In this document: one piece after another, positions 17,926-27,198 of the stretch
Layout: every line of letters begins with the position of its first letter
How positions within the stretch are numbered: position 1 is the first letter of the stretch
From: a virus
Lineage: Duplodnaviria; Heunggongvirae; Uroviricota; Caudoviricetes
Reading direction: 5' to 3' (one strand)
Length of the DNA stretch: 51,466 nt
Virus record (IMG/VR): IMGVR_UViG_2585427971_000010
Notes under the pieces: model-generated
What the model was told of the DNA's origin: nothing
The model's database searches: none
The model's input: the letters and a program-made list of their open reading frames with translations, nothing else
Translations under genes and position numbers: made by a program

Positions 17926-19330
17926 CGCGATTGCACTGTACAGCGTTGACGCAGAACAGGCTGTTCTGGGCTGTCTGATGCTGAATACCGACCACGACAG
18001 AACCAATGCGGTATTTGCGTTACTGAAACCGGAAACGTTTTATATCAATGCGCATCAGGTTATCTACCGGGAGATCAAAGGATTATTTCAAGCTGATAAA
18101 CCAACTGACCTGATAACACTGACCGAACTGATGGAATCGAAGGGGCTGTATGAGCGCGTGGGGGGATTCGCATACCTGGCTGAAATGAGTAAGGCGGCGA
18201 TTCCGGCCTCAATGGTCAACTACGCGAAAATTGTACGTGAAAAAGCCATTCTTCGTTATGCCGTGGAAAAGTTGAATTCTTGTCTGGAGATTATGATCCA
18301 GCCTGCAGATATGACTGCTACTGACAGGATCACCGCCGTTCAGCAAGTGATTGGGCAGGTGGCCGAACATTCCCGTACCGGGCATAAGGGCGGTTTGCGT
18401 CCGGCAAGTGAAGTCGTCGATGACTGGATAGATGACCTTGAGCGCCGTTTCAATGATCCAGCACATGCAGCCGGACTAACGCTCGGAATCGAAAGCCTTG
18501 ATCGCTTAATGGCACCAAAGCAGGCGTTAAGAGGTTCATTGGTCGTTATTGGTGCCCGGCCAAAAATGGGCAAGACAGCCGCGTTTAATAAAATTGCGGT
18601 GCATTTTGCTCTGAATCATCGTTTGCCGACGCTGGTATTTAGCCTGGAAATGACTGACAGAAGTCTCATTGAACGCATGGTTGCGCAGGAAGCAAAGGTC
18701 AATTCGGAGATTTTTTATCTTGGCCCTAACGATGAATCTGAATTGAGTCTCGCAATAGCAAAGGCGGGGGAGATTGCCGAATCCAACATGATGATTGACA
18801 GCACGGCAGGTGTAACCCTTGCGCATATTGTCGCTGAATGTCGAAAAGTTAAACGGATGCGTGGCTCGGTTGGCCTGGTGGCAATTGACTATTTGACGCT
18901 GATGAAGACCGAATCGGCAGAGCGTAGGGATATTGCGTATGGCGATATCACAACCGGTTTGAAGAACCTGGCAAAAGAGCTGGATTGTGTTGTGGTCCTG
19001 CTGACGCAACTCAACCGAAAGCTTGAAGAACGTGCCGATAAGCGGCCTAACCCGAGCGACAGTAAAGATACCGGGCAGATCGAACAAGATTGCGATGTCT
19101 GGATTGGCCTCTATCGTGATGCTGTTTATAACGAAAATGCCGACCCAAATCTCATGGAAATGTTGCTACGTCTGAACCGCGAAGGACCATCGGGAACAGC
19201 CTATGCCCTGATGAAAAATGGCTCAGTTATTGATATCAGCGATGAGGAGGTTTATCGCCTTACCAACGACCGCTCAGAAAAAAATAAACGTTATTCCCGT
19301 AGCGATAATTCTCGCACAAATGAATTTTAA
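17915..19330 (+). CDS. replicative DNA helicase (DnaB family, phage-encoded)
   Basis: DnaB N-terminal domain (LYSVDAEQAVLGCLM…), Walker A GARPKMGKTA, DnaB-like downstream motifs. Confidence 0.8.
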   Translation: MINNAIALYSVDAEQAVLGCLMLNTDHDRTNAVFALLKPETFYINAHQVIYREIKGLFQADKPTDLITLTELMESKGLYERVGGFAYLAEMSKAAIPASMVNYAKIVREKAILRYAVEKLNSCLEIMIQPADMTATDRITAVQQVIGQVAEHSRTGHKGGLRPASEVVDDWIDDLERRFNDPAHAAGLTLGIESLDRLMAPKQALRGSLVVIGARPKMGKTAAFNKIAVHFALNHRLPTLVFSLEMTDRSLIERMVAQEAKVNSEIFYLGPNDESELSLAIAKAGEIAESNMMIDSTAGVTLAHIVAECRKVKRMRGSVGLVAIDYLTLMKTESAERRDIAYGDITTGLKNLAKELDCVVVLLTQLNRKLEERADKRPNPSDSKDTGQIEQDCDVWIGLYRDAVYNENADPNLMEMLLRLNREGPSGTAYALMKNGSVIDISDEEVYRLTNDRSEKNKRYSRSDNSRTNEF

Positions 19331-19368
19331 CCACGCCTGACCAGCGTGAAATAACCGAGGAAAGACCA

Positions 19369-19779
19369 ATGACCACCACTCCAGGCAAATTAGAGTACCC
19401 GTCGGACAAAGGACACATAGACGACGGTAAAAACTATCTCGACGTCATTTTGTGGAATATGAACGTCGGGCCACGTGCGCGCACTCGCGCGGTTTTTGTG
19501 CCAAGACCTAAAGCAGGCAATTTTTCAACCCCTGCTAAGCCTGCCCGTCAGGCATCCGTAGCCGCAGCGCCAGCAGTGAAACGTAAGGGCAAAACGCACA
19601 CCGGGATCGCGATTCGCAGAAATGGTGAGCGGCAAGTGAAACTCCACGAAACAGCGACAACCTGGTGTGCCTCACCGCATGAAACTTACGACAAGATAAC
19701 CGGGCAGCGCATTGGCGCGCCTGGTCGCTGCCGCCTGCTGCTGAGTTCCATCACTCCGATAGCAAAGAAAGGGGCGTGA
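19369..19779 (+). CDS. hypothetical protein (nin-like region)
   Basis: 136-aa ORF with SD GAGGA. Confidence 0.4.
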   Translation: MTTTPGKLEYPSDKGHIDDGKNYLDVILWNMNVGPRARTRAVFVPRPKAGNFSTPAKPARQASVAAAPAVKRKGKTHTGIAIRRNGERQVKLHETATTWCASPHETYDKITGQRIGAPGRCRLLLSSITPIAKKGA

Positions 19780-19780
19780 T

Positions 19781-20017
19781 ATGGCCGGGCAATCAGATTA
19801 CCTGCCGCCCGGCTTACCACACAACCGCGCCAAATGGCCCCAGGAATACCAGCTTAAAGAGCACTACGACATGCGAGCGGCGGCGCTGATCCGCCAACTC
19901 TTTGAGAAACGTATTCCGAGGGGAAGCGTGATTGAGCAAATCGGAATGACGCCAGATACGTACCGGGAATTTTTCAGAGAGCGTCTGAACTACTGGAGAG
20001 GGGTGATGGAACAATGA
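19781..20017 (+). CDS. hypothetical protein
   Basis: 78-aa ORF with SD. Confidence 0.4.
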   Translation: MAGQSDYLPPGLPHNRAKWPQEYQLKEHYDMRAAALIRQLFEKRIPRGSVIEQIGMTPDTYREFFRERLNYWRGVMEQ

Positions 20018-20325
20018 AATACAAACGGTGGGTGCGTGCGGAAGTCGTAATCATCAAACAATGTGCGGGCAGCATGACAGTTGAACGTATAGGGCAGCTT
20101 ATTGGCAGAACCGGTGCAGCGGTACGCACAAAAGCGCGCGAGCTGAAAATCTGTATGTATCTGCGGGGTAATTATCACCAGTCAGTGAAATACCTCCAGG
20201 AAGATATCGAGCTGGCAAGGGAATTACATCAGTCGGGTATTAATCGCCAGGATATCGCAGAAAAACTCGAAATGCCGATCGGAGCGGTGAATCAGTTTGT
20301 TTATTTTGAGCGGAGAATTTCATGA
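20014..20325 (+). CDS. putative DNA-binding protein
   Basis: 103 aa with two HTH-like segments; SD GGAGAGGGG. Confidence 0.4.
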   Translation: MKYKRWVRAEVVIIKQCAGSMTVERIGQLIGRTGAAVRTKARELKICMYLRGNYHQSVKYLQEDIELARELHQSGINRQDIAEKLEMPIGAVNQFVYFERRIS

Positions 20326-20546
20326 AAGAACTTTTTCTTGCATTTGTGCCCCGGTTTATTAATGACCAGATCGCACTGACTGATAATGGTGAACAATATG
20401 AAATTGCCTGCAGCATGGTGGATGTGAATCCTGGCGAACGGTATGACGCGATGTGTGACCTGAAAATATTTACCTGGCTGGGTTGGGCTATTCCGTGTGG
20501 AGAACCAACCAATATTCGTCCGTTTGAGAGCAGGGAGGCTGTATGA
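20322..20546 (+). CDS. hypothetical protein
   Basis: 74-aa ORF, overlapping start, SD GGAG. Confidence 0.35.
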   Translation: MKELFLAFVPRFINDQIALTDNGEQYEIACSMVDVNPGERYDAMCDLKIFTWLGWAIPCGEPTNIRPFESREAV

Positions 20547-20733
20547 GTGAATTGAAAATACGTCGCAAGGCAATAGCACGCGTTAAAAATCTATTACCAG
20601 TGCCTGTCAAATATCGTTTTTGTGGTGGGAATGTACGGATTGGTACGGATGTATGGTGATTGCGGAGTGACGTAAAACGAATCGTTGTGGGTGTAATATC
20701 GTCAATATCATTGGTTTCCCGGAGGGAAAGGAC

Positions 20734-20955
20734 ATGTTTGGCGATAAACTGGAGTTACCACGGAACGGGCGGATAGTGCTCTATATTTCAGATTACAAAG
20801 TAACCCGGGCTGAGGTGTTGGAACCGGAAAAACATCTGGTCACGTTACCGGACATTATTGAGTTGTATAAGCGGGTCGGATATGTGGACTTGCATCGCGA
20901 TGATGTTCCCGTTGAGTGTATGGAATGTGAACACCGGAGGTTTGAAGTTGATTGA
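20734..20955 (+). CDS. hypothetical protein
   Basis: 73-aa ORF with SD GGAGGG. Confidence 0.4.
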   Translation: MFGDKLELPRNGRIVLYISDYKVTRAEVLEPEKHLVTLPDIIELYKRVGYVDLHRDDVPVECMECEHRRFEVD

Positions 20956-21227
20956 ATTGACTTAGAAAAAGTCCGGGGCTATAGTTTCCGCGCAGCCGCA
21001 AAATCGGTTGCCGGGATTGGCGTCCCGGATATCTAAGTGACGCATAGCCGCGTTAGCGGTTTTTTTATGTGTTAGGCACGGCCACATTCGCATTATGGTG
21101 GGCTGTGTGGGGGCTTCTGTGGAAGCGCCGGGTTCACTTAGCCGGTTACGCCAACCCTGCACAGCTCACCACCAGATGATTGGCGTCGCTGGTGGTGATG
21201 AAAAAAACACTAAGTGAGGCCACTGCG

Positions 21228-22016
21228 ATGACAGTCCAAATATCTGCGGAATCCCTTTCTCCGCTACATCATAACCAACTTCCCGTCATCACTACTGAAT
21301 TGCTTGCCAGTTTGTATGGCACGGAAGTAAATGGTATCCAGCAAAACTTCAAGCGCAACATCGCCAGATTTGTCGTAGGAAAGCATTTTTTTAAGCTGGA
21401 AGGTAATGAATTACGCGACTTCAAAAACAGACTGACAGATAGTCAGTCAGTTGCTAAACATACCCGATCCCTCATTCTCTGGACAGAACGCGGCGCAGCT
21501 CGCCATGCCAAAATGCTGGAAACAGAACAGGCCTGGGAAGTTTTCGAAAAGCTGGAAGATTGTTATTTTAGCCAGCGTCCAGAGAGGCGGAGTACAACTA
21601 CCGATGACCGTACTCCCTTGCGTGATGCCGTTAATATACTGGTCGGCAAGAAAGGCATGATGTATCCCGATGCCTACACCATGATTCATCAACGCTTCGC
21701 CGTCTCTCACATAGAACAACTGTCACAGACGCAAATGTTAGAGGCGATTGAATACATCCACTGCCTGCTACTCGATGAAAATCACCCAACCATTCCAGAT
21801 TTTTCTTTTATCACCACTATCAAAAATGGAAAAGTGACCGGGATGCGCCATGTTGCCAAAGGCGAACATCTGATGACCTTTGACGCTTTCAAAGAGATCG
21901 CTGAGCGGGCAGGGTATCTGGTGATCCACAGCGACAATCTGCGAAGTATGACACTGGATAAATTGATGGTAATGGGGAAAAAGTCGGCTATATCCGTTGC
22001 TAATTCAGCATTTTGA
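21228..22016 (+). CDS. antirepressor-like protein (ORF6N-type N-terminal domain)
   Basis: N-terminal region ELLASLYGTEVNGIQQNFKRNIARFVVGKHFFKL resembles antirepressor N-domains; start set at Met 17 (GAGG SD); 21180 or 21198 also possible. Confidence 0.5.
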   Translation: MTVQISAESLSPLHHNQLPVITTELLASLYGTEVNGIQQNFKRNIARFVVGKHFFKLEGNELRDFKNRLTDSQSVAKHTRSLILWTERGAARHAKMLETEQAWEVFEKLEDCYFSQRPERRSTTTDDRTPLRDAVNILVGKKGMMYPDAYTMIHQRFAVSHIEQLSQTQMLEAIEYIHCLLLDENHPTIPDFSFITTIKNGKVTGMRHVAKGEHLMTFDAFKEIAERAGYLVIHSDNLRSMTLDKLMVMGKKSAISVANSAF

Positions 22017-22046
22017 CAGGTTGTTTGGGGCGGAAATACTCTATTT

Positions 22047-22112
22047 GCGCTTAAAAAGGTATTTGACCACGACCAGCACGAGACCGAATACCTCTGTCAA
22101 AGTACCGCCCAT
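22047..22112. repeat. 66-bp direct repeat, copy A (orphan copy of the 3' end of gene 25463..26068)
   Basis: About 93% identical to 25468..25533; on the minus strand encodes MGGTLTEVFGLVLVVVKYLF*. Confidence 0.7.
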
Positions 22113-22142
22113 ATAAAACAGTTACATATGCACTTGATGACT

Positions 22143-22176
22143 AAGCTGGCACCAGGTTAACACCTGGCGCCAGCTT
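22143..22176. terminator. strong hairpin (about 15-bp arms, 4-nt loop) between convergent genes; probable terminator
   Basis: AAGCTGGCACCAGGT-TAAC-ACCTGGCGCCAGCTT, just downstream of the lipoprotein gene stop; no clean U-tract. Confidence 0.45.
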
Positions 22177-22190
22177 GAAGGAGACTTCAG

Positions 22191-23114
22191 TTATTGGTTT
22201 CTGAGGAAAGCGATTCTTGAAAGGGTCATTTGCGTCTGGCAGTCGACCATTTTCTTGACTTCAGCATCTGTTCCCTGCATTGAAACTTTACCGCACATAG
22301 CATCCTTAGTTTTGATCCACTGACGCTGAGAAGGCAGCAAATCTTTTTTCTTCGCCGGGGTTAACTTGCTCCAGACGGTACTCAAATCAGAGTCGGCATT
22401 CGCAAATGCCATTCGGGACTGATCAAGGTTGTCAGCTTTTTGCGGCTGAAGTTGTGCCTGTCTCTCTATTTGCTTCTCCGCCTCATACTTAGCCTGTTCT
22501 TGCGCCCTGAGTTGCACCTGTTGTTCCGCTTCAATTTGACTCTGTTGGGCATCCTTAGCCTGCTGGATTTTCTGCTGCTCAACGATCGGGGTGATAATGG
22601 AAAGCGATGTCAGTAAAGCGGCGCCCACTGATATCGGATTATCAGTAGAGGTTTTTACAAAAACGTTTTTCTGATCGTCGGTCGCCTGCACGGTGTAGGT
22701 GATACGTTTTGAAAAGGCGTTTGCGTTGTTCTCCAAAAACAGGCTTTCCATTTGCTTATCGAGATTACGATTAAAATTCTTTCTGTAAGCATCTGAAAGC
22801 TGGACGTACTCGTTCGCAGATAGAGTCATCGTCACGGTCCCTTCACAAGTTTTCATTGTGCTGCCCGTGTCACTTGATGTTGTGGAGATCTCAGAGATGG
22901 CTAGTTTGATCTTGTCCAGTGTGCTTCGTTTGGTCTGATTAGTGACATCAGGGTATTTATCGACCTGTTCAGAGAGTCCTTCATAAGCAGATTTTTTTAA
23001 TAAATCCATGAGAGCTGACTGGGTTATTTCCGAAGAACAACCGATCTCATCTTTTTTGTTATCACAGCCTGTAAGGGCAATGGCGAGTAAGAGTACTGAG
23101 TATTTTAATCTCAT
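22191..23114 (-). CDS. lipoprotein with C-terminal LprI-like (DUF1311-type) domain
   Basis: Signal peptide with lipobox LTGC; Q-rich coiled-coil; C-terminal Cys-containing region (…QRQWIKTKDAMCG…VDCQTQMTLSRIAFL). Confidence 0.6.
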   Translation of the reverse strand: MRLKYSVLLLAIALTGCDNKKDEIGCSSEITQSALMDLLKKSAYEGLSEQVDKYPDVTNQTKRSTLDKIKLAISEISTTSSDTGSTMKTCEGTVTMTLSANEYVQLSDAYRKNFNRNLDKQMESLFLENNANAFSKRITYTVQATDDQKNVFVKTSTDNPISVGAALLTSLSIITPIVEQQKIQQAKDAQQSQIEAEQQVQLRAQEQAKYEAEKQIERQAQLQPQKADNLDQSRMAFANADSDLSTVWSKLTPAKKKDLLPSQRQWIKTKDAMCGKVSMQGTDAEVKKMVDCQTQMTLSRIAFLRNQ

Positions 23115-24301
23115 GAATTCCCTTTAGAGTAAGGATTGGTTTTTAAGACGCGGTCTGTAATCAGTCCCGAGAGCTACAGTAAACAACGCTGAGCACTGAA
23201 CGCATCACAGGTAAGGTAAAAGGTGATATCGGCAAAGGCTGTGAAACCTTTAATTCAACAGATGGGAACGGTATGCGCAGGATCCTGTAACGACGCTCCC
23301 AAAACCGGAAACCTGTAAGGCATGTTTTCGCTGCTGAACTTAATATACGAACCTGCACTATCATGAACATATTTTATATCGTTATACCCCGAGTGATTGT
23401 GCCCGGCAATGGATAGTGTCCTGGAGGAACTATTTCTACTGTAAAAGGTAGATATTTAATTTCAGTTTTGAATTATTCCCTGCTGTTAATAACAATGGCT
23501 GTATATGGCACCGAGTAGGCATTTTTTCGCTTACTGAAGGGCAGCTGTGAGCGAGGAACAGACTTTCCCTACTTCGTTGAGAGTACACCTAGTACAATCA
23601 AGGCTAAATGATAAAAATATACAAAATATCATATTTATGATATATATAATGGCATTAATCTTATTCTTGGATTACGTTGAAAGGGTAATATTATATTTGT
23701 GTAACATAGTTTAGATAACAATGCCGTTATGGGGGGGGAAAGACATTTCAACATATTAGCTTTGTATCTAACGCTCATGTAGATCTCGATTTTGAACTTA
23801 AAGAACAATTATTTTTTAGAGAGCAAGGTATTTTTGGGGAACAAAAACATAAAGTAATGGAGAGAGGAGAATGTATCAAAAAATCATCGATTTAATTTAG
23901 ATTGTCCGTATAGTTGGGGGTAAGTCGAATCGCTGGGCTACATGGAATATTGTGTCAAGTAAAAATATATTTCAATCTTGCAATAACCGATTGTTGAAAA
24001 TAATGTCAAATCTTAATGGTGAATGGGGAGAATATAATAAACATGAGTCGATATTATGCAAATGGATTTAAATATTTTATACCCGAAGACATAGGGTTTC
24101 GAGAGTTCGATGAGACTACTTTGAATGCTTTCGAATTTGCTGGCTAAAACATATAGGTTATATCTTACATCTGTTTGTAATGGAGCGTAGATGCGACAAG
24201 CTACACCATAATAATCATATTATGATATATTGTTAAGTTGTTATGGCATTAAATAAAATTATGTCATTTTGTTAACCAAGCAAGAATCAAAGGACTTTTA
24301 G

Positions 24302-25000
24302 ATGGGTACGGCATTAATTTCAAGCTTTATTAGTGGTGCAATAGCTATAATCTCTATTGCTATATCTACTTATAATCAGAATAGAATAAACAAGCTCAAT
24401 GAATCACTGGATGTAAGGAGAAAACATCAGTACTATATTGAACCGTTAATTCGCTCAGCTTCAGACTTACAAAGCCGTATTTATAATATATTAGAATTGG
24501 GGTTCATTGAAGAGTTTTATCATAATGGGAATAAGCGCCAACAAGATTATGTTATCAACAATACTGTTTTTCTTTTTTCCCAGTTTTTTGCATGGACAGA
24601 AGCTGCCCGCATAGACATTCAATACCTTAGCCTAGAAAAAAATAAAAAAATGAGGGAGTTTATTAGATTACAGAACAATATTAACTCATTAATCCAAACA
24701 GACGTCTTTGGTCAGTATTTTATGTTTTTCATAGGAGAGCAGAGAGCTATTGCAGAAAAGATGCTGATATCAACAGATACTGGATTTGATTGCATAGGTT
24801 ACGGCAGTTTCACAAAGGAAAATTGCTTTATCAATGAGCCATTTTTTTTAGATTTAAACAATGAAGTGATAAATATGACAAGAGATATCGGAATTTATAA
24901 AGAAAGGCTAATCAGAATACAGCACGCGTTAATCGATTTAATTAATTTTCTTGATCCTGGCATGATTCGATTTGACGGAAAAAAATATGGAAAAATATAA
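24302..25000 (+). CDS. low-GC membrane-anchored protein of unknown function (single N-terminal TM helix)
   Basis: 232 aa; N-terminal helix ALISSFISGAIAIISIAISTY; strongly AT-rich codon usage inside an AT-rich island. Confidence 0.55.
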   Translation: MGTALISSFISGAIAIISIAISTYNQNRINKLNESLDVRRKHQYYIEPLIRSASDLQSRIYNILELGFIEEFYHNGNKRQQDYVINNTVFLFSQFFAWTEAARIDIQYLSLEKNKKMREFIRLQNNINSLIQTDVFGQYFMFFIGEQRAIAEKMLISTDTGFDCIGYGSFTKENCFINEPFFLDLNNEVINMTRDIGIYKERLIRIQHALIDLINFLDPGMIRFDGKKYGKI

Positions 25001-25184
25001 CCCAGATGATTCGTATCAAGGTAAGTTGCTATATGTATCAATTTAATTATGGTTGGGTGAAATTTATGTTAATAGTAGCGGAGGGTTAGTTAAAATATGC
25101 TCTCAGTGATTTTTGGATAGTTCTTTTATTTATCATTGAAAGTAAATATGTATAGCTTCAAGATTTACAAGTGAATCTGTTTAT

Positions 25185-25218
25185 TGACAGTCCGCTTATG
25201 GCACAGAGCGGACTGTCA
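25185..25218. other. perfect 12-bp inverted repeat hairpin
   Basis: TGACAGTCCGCT-(10 nt)-AGCGGACTGTCA, followed by T-rich sequence; downstream of gene 24302..25000. Confidence 0.4.
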
Positions 25219-25462
25219 TATTAAATTTGGCTCCACGCCATAGATGTGTCAGCTCATATCTTATCTAATACACACAATAACTTTCTCATTCTTGGAGAAT
25301 TATTTTTTTAAGGGTAGGTGTTGACGTTAGAGCAAAAGAATGGTGATTTTTTTGATGTGTATTACGTTGGAACTGATGGGAATAACTATCTGTTTTCAAC
25401 GCACTGCTAATTTATCAAGGCCCTTTGATCAGGGCCTTCGAAAGACTGTTGGACCGAGAGAG

Positions 25463-26068
25463 TTACTTGCGTTTAAAAAGGTATTTTGTCACGACCAGCA
25501 CGAGGCCGAATACCTCTGTCAAAGTACCGCCCATGTACAACTGTAGTGTTAAATCCTCAAATTCCAGCTTACCTGCGCCGTCGGCAATAAATACACCATT
25601 CATTATCAGAAGTTGGAAAGCAAGGATAATCAGGAACCATTTCCCGTATCGTTTTTTTAGAGCGATTTCTGCTTCAAAATCTTTGTTGTTGAGTTGTTTG
25701 CGCTCATGCTCGGTATCAAGTGAATTCACCTGTTTCACAGATGTGAACTCGGTCAAGATTTTACTCTCAGTACGGGTGACTTGTTGAGAGGGTGTAGCAG
25801 TTGGAATTCTTTTGCTAGACGCAGCTACAGCCATTTTGCGAGCTTCGGCAGCTCTTTTTCTGGCTATTCCGCGAATACGGACAGCCGTTTTTTTGGGGGC
25901 GTGCGAAACCTTTGGCTGAGGTGAAGCTTCGTCAGGAGACTGAACCGGAGTTTCATCGTCCTCCGGCTCAACCTCTTCTGCTAACTGACGGTGTAGGTTG
26001 AGGGAATCCTTCAGTCTGCGTGCTACTTCCTGTTTGAAACGGCTGTTAAAATCGTCATCCGATGGCAT
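25463..26068 (-). CDS. membrane-anchored protein: charged disordered N-terminal region plus two C-terminal TM helices
   Basis: 201 aa; K/R/E/P-rich N-terminal two-thirds; C-terminal WFLIILAFQLLIMNGVFIA and LTEVFGLVLVVTKYLF; 9-nt gap after the peptidase gene. Confidence 0.55.
   Translation of the reverse strand: MPSDDDFNSRFKQEVARRLKDSLNLHRQLAEEVEPEDDETPVQSPDEASPQPKVSHAPKKTAVRIRGIARKRAAEARKMAVAASSKRIPTATPSQQVTRTESKILTEFTSVKQVNSLDTEHERKQLNNKDFEAEIALKKRYGKWFLIILAFQLLIMNGVFIADGAGKLEFEDLTLQLYMGGTLTEVFGLVLVVTKYLFKRK
25468..25533. repeat. 66-bp direct repeat, copy B (encodes C-terminal TM helix of gene 25463..26068)
   Basis: Matches 22047..22112 with 4-5 mismatches. Confidence 0.7.
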
Positions 26069-26077
26069 TTTAAAGCG

Positions 26078-26566
26078 TTACCCCAACCTCAAGTTCTTTA
26101 AACGATAAGTCATCGCATCGTCAGATACGCCAAAATAATGCGCCATTATATAACTTGGTTGACCGTCAGCGTGCAGTTTTCTGACCTCATCTACCGGCAT
26201 CAGAAGTTCTGCTGCGAACTTGTTTGCAAAAATTTCATCAGGATGCGTTCCGGCGCTTGCGGTTTCGCCACGTAAATCAACGTACTCATATTCATCGCTA
26301 TGCGATGCTTGCCGGGCGATGTAATGCCCCAACTCATGCCCACATGAAAAACGTTGACGAACTTTGTTGTCATCACTGTTTAGAAAGATCGCTGGATCTT
26401 GATCTTTTTGTTTAATCAGTGCGCCAGAAACTTTCCCAGGAAGATCGGTAATAAAAACATCTAATCCCATGTCGTGAGCAATTTTCGCTGGATCAACAGG
26501 GAAACCACGCCCGCACCAGAACGTGTCCAGCACTCGCCGGGCGTGCTCTCTTGGGTTGGTAGCCAT
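26078..26566 (-). CDS. ImmA/IrrE-family zinc metallopeptidase
   Basis: HEXXH motif (HELGHY) in an ImmA/IrrE-like context; 162 aa, no HTH domain of its own. Confidence 0.7.
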   Translation of the reverse strand: MATNPREHARRVLDTFWCGRGFPVDPAKIAHDMGLDVFITDLPGKVSGALIKQKDQDPAIFLNSDDNKVRQRFSCGHELGHYIARQASHSDEYEYVDLRGETASAGTHPDEIFANKFAAELLMPVDEVRKLHADGQPSYIMAHYFGVSDDAMTYRLKNLRLG

Positions 26567-26621
26567 AGCTCCTCCAGTTACTGCATTACGATTATTGGTT
26601 GAAATATAGACAGCATGTTCC

Positions 26622-26664
26622 GTACCACATTCCTGTAAAAGTGCAAATTCTGCACTTCTGGTAC
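26622..26664. promoter_or_regulatory. nested palindrome upstream of the peptidase operon; candidate operator
   Basis: GTACCA…AGTGCA-aattc-TGCACT…TGGTAC about 60-100 nt upstream of the peptidase start. Confidence 0.35.
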
Positions 26665-26964
26665 GATATTAACTGTTAGTAGTAAAGTCTTCCAGATAAA
26701 TCACTTTAAAATCTTGTGAATTGCTTGCTTTTTACGCTGTATTGTGGATGGTTCAATGTTTCCAGTAAAAACATACATGATAATCATGAGTTTAGTGTTT
26801 TTTTAGGCGTCTATATGTTTCTGGAAAATACAGGTCTAACCTGATCTTATCGTTGAGATTTTTTGTACTCAGTATGCGTGAACGATTCGACCAGGTGACT
26901 GTGTACGTGAAGAAGACCGCCCTTAATATTTTAAATGTGCAACCCCTCAGAAGAGGGGCTACTC

Positions 26965-27198
26965 TCACTTCTGCAGTATCTCGCCAATACCTGCCAGATT
27001 CTCGTCCATCTTGTCACCGTTTTCGATAAGGATGGAGTTGAGCCGATTCAGTTGCATAGCAATTTCAAGTTTGATTAAGGTATCCACCGATACACCAGTT
27101 TCTTTTGCTAACTTAGTAAGAGCCGCAGCTCGATTGGCTAAATTAAAATCATCGAACTCATAACGACTTCTGCACGGCTGGTTGCCTAACGTACCCAT
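26965..27198 (-). CDS. small protein, possible DNA-binding regulator
   Basis: 77 aa; helix-turn-helix-like segment (AALTKLAKETGVSVDTLIKLEI); about 400 nt upstream of the peptidase gene on the same strand; hairpin CCCCTC-agaa-GAGGGG after its stop. Confidence 0.4.
   Translation of the reverse strand: MGTLGNQPCRSRYEFDDFNLANRAAALTKLAKETGVSVDTLIKLEIAMQLNRLNSILIENGDKMDENLAGIGEILQK

Noticed and set aside
21090-21175. Possible tRNA or tmRNA-like structure
   Set aside because: The hairpin loop sizes do not fit a tRNA T-arm or anticodon arm and no acceptor stem could be built; more likely a regulatory leader.
23625-24260. Two similar AT-rich motifs (…ATCATATT(T)ATGATATAT…ATGGCATTAA…) about 600 bp apart, and a GGGGGGAAGACAT motif shared with 28218-28232
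   Set aside because: Short and AT-rich, so chance similarity is plausible; no tandem array or coding context; not reported as a repeat feature.
23161-24301. Search for CRISPR-like or type III toxin-antitoxin-like tandem repeats in the 1.1-kb AT-rich gap
   Set aside because: No regularly spaced direct repeats were seen; only small ORFs (for example about 24043-24147) without strong support.
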